Shown here in pieces: positions 42,401 to 54,769 of a stretch of 64,000 bases of DNA. The DNA is taken from NCBI RefSeq assembly GCF_006345805.1, contig NC_043006.1:73098001-73162000 (forward strand). Reading direction: 5' to 3'. Position 1 is the stretch's first letter. Each line of letters starts with the position of its first letter. A model generated the notes under the pieces. That model was not told where the DNA came from. It saw only the letters and a program-made list of their open reading frames with translations, and did no database searches. A program made the translations under genes and the position numbers. The stretch comes from Octopus sinensis (Eukaryota).

Positions 42401-43604
42401 CGTTCAGCTCACGGGTTGGCCTGGTAGAATCTTACAATATTATATAAACTTAACGGTATATATATTTAATTTATACACCGCCGGATGGAGGGACGGACAG
42501 ACGGAGTGTGAAAACATGGAATTTCGGAATATTTGTATTAAGAACAACGAAACACCAAATTAGATAACAGAAAAGAAAGCATTCAGCTCAACGCTTTCTT
42601 TCTCCCTTTCTCAGTGTCCAAGCTATTCGTATAATAAATTCGATTTCTTTCTCTCAAAACAGATTTGGATCGAAGGAATTCATTAAAAGAAAAAAAAGTT
42701 GGAAATTTTTTATAAGGAATTTTTCAAGTGAATACTTGTTGGGGCTCGTATGTTACCTACTGAAAATATTATATAACGAGAGAGAGAGAGAGAACACCTC
42801 GCAGAATCTGTTGCGACATCTCAGGCATTTCATGCAACAAAAAAAAACATGAAAAATAAAATAAATAAATATAGCAAAGCCATTTGTTTTCGTGTTCACT
42901 CCATACTTAATAATGCAACTGGTAGACCCAAACGGCAAGTAAGTTATTAAAATAATTATAAATAAAAGTAAATAACTGGAGTTAATTAACTCTTGCAATT
43001 TCCAAACACTAATTCTAGGCCGAACACAATCATAAATAAAGAAAATAACATTATAACGTAGTAACAGTGTGTATAACCTAATTATACAATACATAGACCC
43101 ACGTGAATTCATTGGTGAGTATAAATATGTGTGAACAGAAGTTGAACTTATGGGGTGAGAATGCTGCAATTTATTTTGCAGGTCGAGCGACTATATAAAA
43201 GACACCTCATTTCATATCATTTTTAGGAAGTCAAAACTTCGTAAATCTTTATTCCCAAAGGGGACAGTAACGAGTAACATCGGAGAAACTATTTGTGGAA
43301 CCCGAGTTTCATATGAATTACATACCACACTAGTTCGAGTACCGAGTACTCCCTTTCTTCAGCAGTATACACCAGGTTATACATACATACACACACCTTG
43401 GTGTGGGTGTGTGTGTATATAAATTTATGACGGAGAAAGAACGTCTAGTTAGGTAGCTGTGTAGTAAGGAGCTTGCTTCCAAACCACATGGTTCCGGGTT
43501 CAGTCCCACTGCGTGGCACCTTGAGTAAATGGCTTCTACTATAGATTCGGGCCGACCAAAGCCTTGTCAGTGGATTTGGTAGACGGAAACTGAAGGAAGC
43601 CCGT

Positions 43605-43940
43605 CGTGTGTATATATGTATATACACACACACATATATATATATATATGTATATACACATATATATATATATATGTATATACACATATATATATATATA
43701 TGTATATACACACACACACATATATATGTATATACACACACACACATATATATATGTATATACACACACACATATATATATGTATATACACACACACAAA
43801 TATATATATGTATATACACACACACATATATATATGTATATACACACACACATATATATATGTATATACACACACACATATATATATGTATATACACACA
43901 CATATATATATGTATATACACACATATATATATGTGTGTA
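43605..43940. repeat. 22-26-bp CATATATATATGTATATACACACA minisatellite expanded inside a family A SINE
   Basis: Replaces the short TA/TG tract seen in other copies of the SINE. Confidence 0.92.
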
Positions 43941-44849
43941 TGTTTGTCCCTCCAACATCGCTTGACAACCGATGCTGGTGTGTTTACGTCCTCGTAACAT
44001 AGCGGTTCGCGGACGAGGCTTACAAAGAATAAGTCCTGGAGGCAGTTAGTAAGACTAAAAAGCGGTGCTCCAACATGGTCGCAGTCAAATGACTGGAACA
44101 AGTAAAAGAGAATACAGCAAAAACCAACAATAAAAAAAAGTACCGAAACTTTAAAACTTATCACTAAAAGTTACAATACTGTATTGACAACAGGATCCAT
44201 TATAATTATTATCAGAAATAAATAACAATTACTAACATGAACGTTTTCATCATCGCCATCATTAAAAAAATTATAACGTGCAGTATTTACAGGTCTAGAG
44301 TAAGAGTTTTTACATCTATGGGTTAAAAGAACCGGGAGATCTCCAAGAGATGCATTTCGATAACTTTTCACTTTATACTCTCCAGAGGACCCCCACCTGA
44401 CGTGGGCCTAGGGGCCAACATCAGGTGGAGTCCCTAAAACCAATGCCTTAAGCCAAACACTACATACATGTACACGAACAGACAAAAAGAGCCTCTACAT
44501 GGTCATTCGTCCTGCTAAAGCTAACAGCCAAATATTTTTCAAATCACACACCACTTTCTTAAAAAAAGGGAACATTGAAAATCTGATCTCGAAAATGCCT
44601 TCGATCCTAAGTCTGGTCGATCAGGATTGAGATGGGGTCAACAACAAATATAATATATATATATATACTACTAACAATATAGGATGAAGTCCCTTTCTAT
44701 AGAATATCCTTCTTTAGCCCTTAATTATAAGATATATATATATGTATTGAGAGAGGTGCAGAAAAACAATTAGGTTTTATATATATAACCTAATCGTGTT
44801 TGTCTGCATCTGTGTGTATGTATGTATATATATATATACACACACACAC

Positions 44850-44893
<44 letters not shown>

Positions 44894-45868
44894 AAAAAAA
44901 ACTAATTATATTTAGAGGATAAACACATACAATCATAGATATTTATTATATATACCGACAAGTAAATTTACTTTTACATAGAATTTTAAAAATACAGAAA
45001 ACTAAGGAGAGAACGTTTTTGTTTTTTTAATTCGACAGTTAGAAAGGAGTAAGCATAAATAAAATCATGGTAAAATAATTAACAATTTTGATTCTCTCAT
45101 GAATCATCGTTTTGAGTTTGATAAACTACTTTGGAACATAGATTTTTTAATGTGTGGGTTGTTTCTGGTTAACTGAACATCAAAAAAAAAGTTCGGTTAT
45201 GGTAAATAAAGGAGAACAGCAGATAAAGTTTAAGATTCAAAGAAACCCAAATTACATGGCAATATTTGTATATAAACGTTTTGGTATATATATACAAACG
45301 GAGAAGGGATGAAGCTTTCAATACGCGTTTGTTTATTCGTTCGAAAATTATGATTCGCTCTGTAGCTTACAACTCAGTTTTTTTTTGTTATGTGTTATGA
45401 ACGATACTTGTAATGACCAAAAAAAAAAAAAAAAACTTTTTGGTGGCTTGATAGCTAAATGATAGCACATACCAAGAAACTCTCAGTCGCAATGAACTGA
45501 ATGAATCATCAGCTTGCAAGAAATAAATATACTTTCGTCTGTTAAACGAAAAAACGTGTGCGTGCGTAGTACACACACACACACACAGATATATGATATA
45601 TATATATGGATACAGAGAGAATGTTAAAAGAATATATTAAGAAAGTTTGAGGAATAGAGTTAATGCACATTAAAGAAATTTGATGTTTGAAATTGCATCA
45701 AATTTTTATAACATCATATATAAAAAAATGGATAGAAAGATAGATAAATCAAACCAGCGATGTACATATCGGTACAACTGACGCATTAATATAACGTGTA
45801 TGTCATGTAAACTAAGTTTGCATATATATATATATACTGGAAGGCTTGGAGATGATGTACAGGTATTT

Positions 45869-46002
45869 TATATTAGAAGAAATGAGGTACTCAGAAAATC
45901 GGATGGTTTATATTTACATGATTTATATGATGTATAAAAAATGTCATATACAAATAAATATAAACCATCTGATTTTCTGAGTACCTCATTTCTTCTAATA
46001 TA
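45869..46002. mobile_element. 134-bp palindromic MITE in a TA context
   Basis: ~47-bp TIR TATATTAGAAGAAATGAGGTACTCAGAAAATC(G/A)GATGGTTTATATTTA. Confidence 0.75.
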
Positions 46003-46456
46003 TATACATATATATATACATAAATATTAGAGGTCTGTTTACATACATATAGAAAGACAGAGCTCTAAATATTTGTTTTTAATATTCCCAATACAAATAA
46101 CATTAAAATATAATTTCTTTTTGATTACAAAGAGACGAAGCAAAAAAAAAAGAAAAAAAATCAATAATAAACTTTTCTATCTACCGGACCTGCTGTGCTT
46201 TGCCAACGTGAATTTTAAATCAGCAGACTGCGAGGAGAATTAATCCATGTCAATTTGTCGAACATGTTTTAATTTACGCCGCTTGCTCGACGATCACCAA
46301 CCAGCATCAGCCATGCTTAGGAGTTATATACAACCGGAAGTGCTGCTCATCATCCACCGCTGAGCATTAATTCAGCAGCGAATATATAACAGTTGAAATA
46401 TAACTGTATTTATGTAATTATGTTTTTTTTTTTAATAGTAAATCTCGAAGGCCACA

Positions 46457-46645
46457 GGATCTTTTCCTTTTGAACGGCAGTTCGAAAAATTAAACTATGT
46501 TAAACATACAAATTACAATTTTCTCAAGAAAGCCAAGAGAGAAAAAAAATGTTTTATTTTGACACATTCTACCAGTATACGAAGTTTAAAAGTGTTTAGT
46601 TAACTAGAAATTGTGTTGAAAACTGCCGTTCAAAAGGAAAAGATC
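46457..46645. mobile_element. Same Merlin-like MITE family, internally deleted 189-bp form
   Basis: TIR GGATCTTTTCCTTTTGAACGGCAGTT; TSD AGGCCACA on both sides. Confidence 0.82.
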
Positions 46646-48644
46646 AGGCCACATATATACATATGCAATTATTTGTTCTTTTTGCGTTCTTCCAGTCTAC
46701 AATTCCCTCCCACCACCAAAAAGAAAGTATTGTCTCACTTTCTCTCGGAAGTTTATACAATTCTTATAGCATACGAATTTTTTAATGAGCACATTTTTTT
46801 CTTAAAAGATCCAAAGTTGTTTAATCTCTAAACAAAAAAGTCTTCATCTACCCTCTTAATTCTTCATTCCTCTTACGGTAACAAATAGAAAAAAAAAAAC
46901 GCATTCAAAGGGGGAACAACCAACAAAAATGAGGTTTAGTGGGAATATTTAATTCCACATTTCCTATAATAATGAGATTTCTTACAGTCTAAAATTTGTA
47001 TTTAAATATCTACATTTTCACACACATGTGTTGGTGATGAAAGGGCTTATTAAATAAAACAAATAACAGAATATTGATATAAATGTTTTTAAAATGAAGA
47101 GGAAAAGATGCTGCAAAGCTTCCAGTAAGCCAGTCGAAGTTGTTTCCCTTTATTAGTTTTATATTTTACGTTTTTATCATCCTCTGGAAAAGGAAGGATA
47201 AATGCTAAAATTTCCTAGTTTATAGTCGAACAGTCATAGGTAAAAAGCAGGAAATTATTCATGGCACGCTTAATGAAAAATTACATTGAATTTTTTTTAA
47301 TAGTGCTAATGATGATCCATGCTTCCCGCTTCTCGAAATAAGTTGGTTTAAAGTTTTTATAGACAAGTTGCATATCTAAGTAAATTTATGACATAGAATT
47401 AAATTGCCTTGACTTTAGGCCCTCAACACCTTGATGAAATCAAGCCTTCTCGCCTGATCACAACCGATTTCTTACAGAAAGGAGACAGACTGACTGGGAA
47501 AAAAAGCGAGAGGAAGAGAATAATCGACTCTAGTTCAGGGCTGGTTCTTTATTTATCTCAGTGAAAGGATAAAAGGCTAAGTTGAGTTCGGCTGTATTTG
47601 AACTTAGATGACAGAGAGTTGGAACCATTATCGTAAAGTATGTCTATCCGACGCTCTAACAAGCTTGCTTATTGTCACCTTATGACCAGTAGCCCAGCAA
47701 CAAAATTTACTTAGCGGGTGCAAACCAGGTCCAAATTTTTTAATGAAAGATATGGATTTTTTTCAATGTTAACATTAAAACAAATGCATGTATAATAATA
47801 ATTTTTATTTTCTAATGATTCCGGGAAGGGGAGGGGTGAAATTTCCGAGGATTCTACCCCACCCCACCCATTTTCCAGACCCCAAAAAAGTGTTTTGTGA
47901 CATAGGAGGTCACCGTAATTCATTCAACGAAAAAAAAAAATTCCAATGATTCCGGGATGGGATGGGTGGGTCTGATTCCCCACACCCTTTTTTCCGAATG
48001 CGGCACATTAGGAGGTCAGGGTATTTGATTTCATGCAAAAATCCGAGGGTTTTTTCTTGGTGAAACTCATGCCGGTGTACTTCCCAAAATTTACCCAAAC
48101 TTCAAAACCCAATCCTTTTACAGAATTTCATAATTTCAATGAAATTTCCCCCCACGGATGTTTTTTCAGGATAAGTTAATTTTTCGCCTGTGGACATAAC
48201 TATACACGCCTCAATTTACTCAGCTGTCAAGAATATTTCAGAACGTTACTTGAAATATAGTGACATCTTATCCAGAAAAATAAATAACGAAGTGTTAATA
48301 GACTTAAAATTATGAGCATTGCATCTATTATCGAGGAAACGACTCAAAATCAAAAGCTTAAAATAAGTTCATGCAATATTTTCTAAAGGGTGTTCTGAGA
48401 ATCCCTTGTATTTTCTTTTTTAAAAAAATCTGAATTTCGATAAGACAGAGTTCCTGTAATAAAATTTAATGAAAGTTTATAAAGGAAAGAGAATGGTATT
48501 CACTATTTCAAAATAAGTTGAATAATTTCCTTCACCATAATTACTTTTATTCGGTTTAATTGTTTAATAAAATTAAAGCTGTGGTAAGGGTGACCGCAAA
48601 ACGTAGATTTGGGTTCTGCACATTTATGAACAACTATTTAAAGG

Positions 48645-49053
48645 GGATCTTTTCAGTTTGAACGGCAGTTTTTTTCTAGCGGTGTCATATGAAATTGTCA
48701 CCCATAATTATGACCCTAGTATCGATCTATTGCATTTCAATCTGTTTTAGGGTTAGGGTGGGGGGAAGGGTATCTTTTTTTCTTCACAAATGTAAATAAA
48801 CCCAATCTGTTTCTTAAACGAGGGACATATTCATACGGCACAGAATGATTTTTACCTCAATAGACGTCAGTGATTGATTGAAATTGCAGAAATTGAAGAA
48901 AAAAACAACAAATATCTTACAAACTAGAATTTTCTCAATAAAGCCAAGAGAAAAAGAATGTTTTATAAACACATTCTACCAGTATACGAAGTTCAAAATT
49001 TTTTAGTTACCTAGAAATTATGTTATAAACTGCCGTTCAAACCGAAAAGATCC
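48645..49053. mobile_element. Same Merlin-like MITE family, 409 bp
   Basis: Highly similar to 38367-38778; TSD TTTAAAGG on both sides. Confidence 0.88.
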
Positions 49054-50009
49054 TTTAAAGGTTCCACAAAAAAAAAATAACCTTGGGAAACATTGAATTA
49101 ACCCATCAAGGTTACAATTAATTAACTTTTGGAATAAATAATGCGATGACGGGAACGGGTAATAGTCTGATATGGAGACCCCTGCAAATACGGTTTTGTA
49201 GATATCGTTTGAGAAGCATAGTAATAATGCACGTGTCTGTAAAATTTAACGGCGATGATGAGGCGTGGCTGTGTGGTAGGAAGTTTGTCTCCCAACCATA
49301 TAGTTCCGGGTTCATTCCCACTGCATAACATAGAAGGGGCCCAGCTGACAAAAGCCTTGTGAGTAGGAGAAAGCTGTCAATATAAAGATCCTCACACGGG
49401 AACAAAAACAAAAATTAACCGGCTTGGGAGGTGTTAACAAGTATGTGGAAAACGAATATGAAATGAAAAAAATGCGCGCTGACGACCCTGGGGGTGGGGA
49501 GGGGACTTTCGGATAATTCACAAGATCCGATTTTTCCGTCATAACTTCCGGTAAAATGGATATATATTGTTTTTTTTTTCTTCGGAATCCCACGTTTTTG
49601 GTTATGGAGGATCCAATTCTGAAAAATCTTTTTCAAAAAATCGCATTTTCAAAATGTCAATACCCCACTTCACACCCCTTCACCCTCCCTTCCTTATTTT
49701 TCACTTTTCCCGGAATTTTTTTCTTTTGTTCTTTTTTTGCGAAATACGTAGAAAAATACGAAGATTACGATTCTGAAAAAAATCTGGTTTGTAAAATTTC
49801 AATTTTTCAATATATATATTATATATATATATATATATATTACAAAATTAGAGAATGGAGAAACATACTTAAATCAATAAAACATCAACTATCCGATGAT
49901 ACCCAATCAATACTTAATACACCATTACATATGAGTAAAGGCATTATAAAATGAGATATACAGTAATAGTAAAAAGATAAAGAGATATAAGTAAAAAATT
50001 TTCAAATAT

Positions 50010-50150
50010 AATATGCAATTAAATCAAAACTGACAGCTGTTTCGGCAGTGAGGGCAGTCATACCTCATTTAACCTCTTAGCCATAAAGGCAGGTATAAAT
50101 GAGGCATTAACAAGGATGCCCCACGGCCTCTTCAGAGAATTAAATTAAAT
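50010..50150 (-). ncRNA. Type I hammerhead ribozyme motif (left arm of foldback, mirror copy)
   Basis: Reverse complement of 51020-51153 (plus strand reads TGACAGCTGTTTCGGCAGTG..CACGGCCTCTTCAGAG). Confidence 0.78.
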
Positions 50151-51019
50151 TTGTTATAATTGTGAAAAATATAATATAACCATATACATATAAATATAAA
50201 AATATAAAAATGTAAAATATAAAAATATAAAACTTATACATCATAATGCTACACTTATATAATATAATACTTATTGGTACAATAAGGAAGGTAAACAGAA
50301 CAAAATAAAACAAATATATATCGGTGTATATACTAATATTAATAAGTACCGATATTATACATATTTGGCTAATAGTTTTTTTAAAAAAAAAAAAAAAACT
50401 AACACATAGGGAGATGAAAAATAATAATTAAAACCATGGTTCAGTTCATAAAATTCCAAAGCTATGAAAGTTAAAAAATTACTATTAATATTAATAATAA
50501 TAATAATAATAAAAATAATAATAATAATAATAGATACAGTTAAGTTAGCACACCAGTCCATCCTTTCAAGATCGAAATAACTCAGTTATTCGATCTTGAA
50601 AGGATGGACTTGGTGCTAACTTAACTGTATCTATTATTATTATTATTATTTTTATTATTATTATTATTATATTAATATTATAGTAACTTTTATTAACTTT
50701 CATAGCTTTGGAATTTTATGAACTGAACCATGGTTTTAATTATTATTTTTCATCTCCCTATGTGTTAGTTTTTTTTTTTAAAAAAAAAAACTATTAGCCA
50801 AATATGTATAATATCGGTACTTATTAATATTAGTATATACACCGATATATATTTTGTTTTATTTTGTTCTGTTTACCTTCCTTTATTGTACCAATAAGTA
50901 TTATATTATATAAGTGTAGCATTATGATGTATAAGTTTTTATATTTTTTATATTTTACATTTTTATATTTTTATATTTATATGTATATGGTTATATTATA
51001 TTTTTCACAATTATAACAA

Positions 51020-51153
51020 ATTTAATTTAATTCTCTGAAGAGGCCGTGGGGCATCCTTGTTAATGCCTCATTTATACCTGCCTTTATGGCTAAGAGGTTA
51101 AATGAGGTATGACTGCCCTCACTGCCGAAACAGCTGTCAGTTTTGATTTAATT
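51020..51153 (+). ncRNA. Type I hammerhead ribozyme motif with extended stem II (right arm of foldback)
   Basis: CTGAAGA 51035-41; stem II closed by G51042-C51126 with internal hairpins (GCCTCATTTA/TAAATGAGGT); GAAA 51127-30; palindromic CAGCTG stem III; GUC triplet with predicted cleavage after C51138; A/U-rich interrupted stem I. Confidence 0.78.
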
Positions 51154-51503
51154 GCATATTATATTTGAAAATTTTTTACTTATATCTCTTTATCTTTTTA
51201 CTATTACTGTTATCTCATTTTATATAATGCCTTTACTCATATGTAATGGTGTATTAAAGTATTGATTGGGTATCATCGTAGTTGATGTTTTATTGATTTA
51301 AGTATGTTTCTCCATTCTCTAATTTTGTAGTATTAATTTACGGTAATATTATTACCTTTACCCATATAATACAATAGATGAACTGATTGTTTGACAATTT
51401 TTAACATCTATGTATTAATCTTGTTGGGTACCTATCTGGCAGTATATTGGATATATATTATCCCATGGTGGGTTGAATTTTCAACCCCTATCTCATTTTA
51501 TAA

Positions 51504-51583
<80 letters not shown>

Positions 51584-52894
51584 ACCTTAGGCCTTCAAGC
51601 GGGCTATCCACATGCTAGAAACAACAGCCAAATCCTACAAAACTGCGATAACATAATACATTCAATCTATTCACCTTTCTGCAAAGATTTCTTTCAGAGT
51701 AATTTCCCGCAGTAATATGACAAAGTATTCATGTGAAATTAAAGTGGTTTTTAATTTTTTCAAACTTATATCGAATTTTTTCCCATTAATCTACGTGGGA
51801 AAATACGGAGGTTAAGAATATGGAAAAAATAAACACAAATTCAAATTTTAATTTCAAATTTTTTAGGAAAGACTCCGACCCAAAATCCTCCCCGTCATCC
51901 CGCTGTCTAAATGTGAAAATGAACGGTTGTTCTGTCTGTTTTTGTATGCGTTCTAGTAAAAGACCTGAGGGTGTATTTTACACACCATTTTTTTTCAGAA
52001 TCTTAATCTTCGTATTTTTCTACGTATTTCGCAAAAAAAAAAAAAAAAATTCCGGGTAAAGTGAATAATAAGGAGGGTGGGGTAAAGTAGGTGGGTATTA
52101 AAATTTTGAAAATGCGATTTTTTGGAATTTTTTTTTTCAGAATCGGATCCTCCATAACCAAAATCGTGTGATTCCGTAAAAAAGATCAATATAGATCCAT
52201 CTTACCGGAAGTTATGACGGAAAAATCGGATCTTGTGAATTTTCCGTGCCTGCATCTGTTTGTAAGAAAAGGTTGAGAAACTCTGGGTTAGAATGTTCAG
52301 TTCGTGATCATAAGGCTGTGGAAACCGAGTCCTGGTCATGGATCACATTGTCCTTGAGCAAGGCCCTTCATTTCATGTTGCCTCAATCTACTCAGCGGTA
52401 CTGATTACCAGAGCAGCCTTCTGGTATTCCTGAGGGGTTTAGGGTTGTTTTTTCAGGTGTGGTTCTTATTCTGTCGGTCGTCTTTGCTGAACTCGCAAGT
52501 TACAGGAACATAAGCAAACTAACAACGGTTGCCAAGTGGCGTGGGTAGGCCAAACACCTACCTACCTACCTACCTGCCCACCTACTTATCTACATAAATA
52601 AGACAAACTTCCACACAGTTTCCATCTACCAAATCTACTCACAAAGCATTTGTTGGCCCGGGGTTATAGTAGAAGACACTTTCCCAAGATGCCATGCAGT
52701 GGGACCGAACCTAAAACCATGTGGTTGTAAAGTGAGCTTCTTACCCACACAGCCATACTGGCGCCTATTGATGAAATTTTCACTTCTTTCTTGGGCGACA
52801 AATATTCGGTTTTCTAATTAATTTCTTGTTGTAAACTCTACATAAAAAAATTAATTGAATGAAGAACAAATTTGATTGTCATTTAATGATCCTT

Positions 52895-53480
52895 TCTACT
52901 ATAGGCACAAGGCCTAAAATTTCAGCAAGGGACGGAGGACTAGTCGATTACATTGACCCCAGTGCTCAGCTGGTACTTATTTTATCGACCGCAAAAGGAT
53001 GATAGGCAAAGGCGACCTCGGTGGAATTTGAACTCAGAACGGGAAGACGGACGAAATGCCTATTTCTTTACTACCCACAAGGGGCTAAACACAGAGAGGA
53101 CAAACAAGTACAGACAAACGGATTAAGTCGATTATATCGACTCCAGTGCGTAACTGGTTCTTAATTTATCGACCCCGAAAGGATGAAAGGCAAAGTCGAC
53201 CTCGGCGGAATTTGAACTCAGAACATAACGGCAGACGAAATACCTATTTCTTTACTACCCACAAGGGGCTAAACACAGGAGGACAAACAAGGACAGACAA
53301 ACGGATTAAGTCGATTATATCGACCCCACTGCGTAACTGGTACTTATTTAATCGACCCTGAAAGGATGGAAGGCAAAGTCAACCTCGGCGGAATTTGAAC
53401 TCAGAACGTAGCGGTGGACGAAATACTGCTAAACATTTCGCCCGGCGTGCTAACGTTTCTGCCAGCTCGCCGCCTCCATA
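52895..53480 (-). mobile_element. SINE family B as a concatemer with 184-bp period; other copies or concatemers at 14335-15275, 21265-21470, 27075-27300, 54770-55110, 56480-56900(+), 57869-58400, 63840-63980
   Basis: Shared core GACCCCGAAAGGATGAAAGGCAAAGTCGACCTCGGCGGAATTTGAACTCAGAA; B-box GAGTTCAAATTC on the sense strand. Confidence 0.85.
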
Positions 53481-54291
53481 ATTGTCATTTGATAGTCCTT
53501 TCTACCATAGGCACAAGGCCTGGATTTTGTGGGGAGTGGGTAAGTCAATCACATGACCCCAGTGTAACGGATAATGTTGTTAGGTGTTGGGTCACCAATG
53601 TAACGGTATGGCTAGGTGTTGGTTCACCAATGTAACGAGATGTGCTATAGATGTTGTTTGCCATTTGTAAGATGAAAGAAAAACAGTGATCAAAGTTCAT
53701 GTTGACTTCAGATTTACTTATTTATCGGTACTCAATATAATGCCACGCCTCGACGGGCAAGGTGTATGCAATAATAATATAAGTGGAAAAGTATGCGAGG
53801 TTAAGAAAGTTAATTTCTTCTTGTATAAGTGTGTACACGTTTGTAATTCTTATTTCTTTATTGCCCACAAGGAGCTAAACACAGAGGGAAAAAACAAGGA
53901 CAGACAAAGGGATTAAGTCAATTACATTGACCACAGTGCGTAACTGGTACTTAATTTATTGACTCCGAAATACCTCTAAGCATTTCGCCTAGTGTGCTAA
54001 CGTTTCTGCCAGCTCGCCGCATTTACTGCTAGAATTACACGTTTGTAATTCTAGCAGTAAGGGTGTAATTCTAGCAGTAAGGAAGATAGAGACAGAGTGA
54101 TGGTGTAGAGAAGAGAAGGTGAGCCAGTGAAAGTTAGAGAGTCAAGGGAAGTTGTATCTCATAGCAGCTGATTGTAACTTCCTTTCTCCCTCTGGCCGTT
54201 TGTCTCAAATGGCTGTCTGCTTGTGGCCATCTCTAGTTGGTCTCTGTTCACTAACTAATTTTTGCTTGGGAATCTGTATATTTAACTATCA

Positions 54292-54329
54292 GGATCTTTT
54301 CAGTTTCGAAGCCTAAACTGAAAAGATCC
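54292..54329. mobile_element. 38-bp micro-MITE of the same family
   Basis: GGATCTTTTCAGTTT-CGAAGCCT-AAACTGAAAAGATCC flanked by AACTATCA and AACTATCG. Confidence 0.78.
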
Positions 54330-54421
54330 AACTATCGCGAGAAAGAGAGACATACTGTTATCCAAACAATGATATTTTGGGAGGTCTATTGTTTTGTCAA
54401 TTTCACTCTCTATCGCATACA

Positions 54422-54769
54422 AAAGGTTAGCAGAAGTCAAGTGGGAAAGACAACTCAACTTAGTAGAACCATATGCTAAATGTAACTTGCTGTCACTATT
54501 GATTTTCTGTGAGAAAAGTGCTGTTGAACTGTTATGGGAAACTTGTCAATTCAGGTTCGAATCTACTCTATGCCTAAAGTACCAGTCAAGTACTGGTGTA
54601 GTGGACCTCTTTTAGGCATAGAGTAGATTCGAACCTGAATTGACAAGTTTCCCATAATAGTTCAACAGCACCTTTCTCACAGAAAGTCAATAGTGACAGC
54701 ATATTACATTTAGCATATGGTTCTACTAAGTTGAATTATGTCTTTGCCACTTGACCTCTACTAACCTTT
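54422..54769. repeat. Inverted repeat with ~157-bp arms and a 32-nt spacer
   Basis: 54422-54578 versus 54611-54769; perfect near the loop, mismatched further out. Confidence 0.9.

Larger units (their letters stand above)
49841..51329. repeat. ~1.5 kb near-perfect palindrome, probably Penelope pLTR-derived
   Basis: Arms 49841-50581 and 50585-51329 with a 3-nt loop (AATAAC-TCA-GTTATT); visible differences are mainly 1-nt indels. Confidence 0.95.
49510..52246. repeat. Diverged ~290-bp inverted repeat pair (49510-49797 and 51975-52246) bracketing the foldback
   Basis: CGGATAATTCACAAGATCCGATTTTTCCGTCATAACTTCCGGTAA versus its reverse complement at 52203-52246; similarity runs through GATTCTGAAAAAAA; no TSD found. 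Confidence 0.8.

Noticed and set aside
43185-43225. TATA box plus Inr-like promoter (TATATAAAAG..TCATTT)
   Set aside because: It overlaps a SINE-tail motif (GCAGGTCGAGCGAC), and no downstream exon could be supported.
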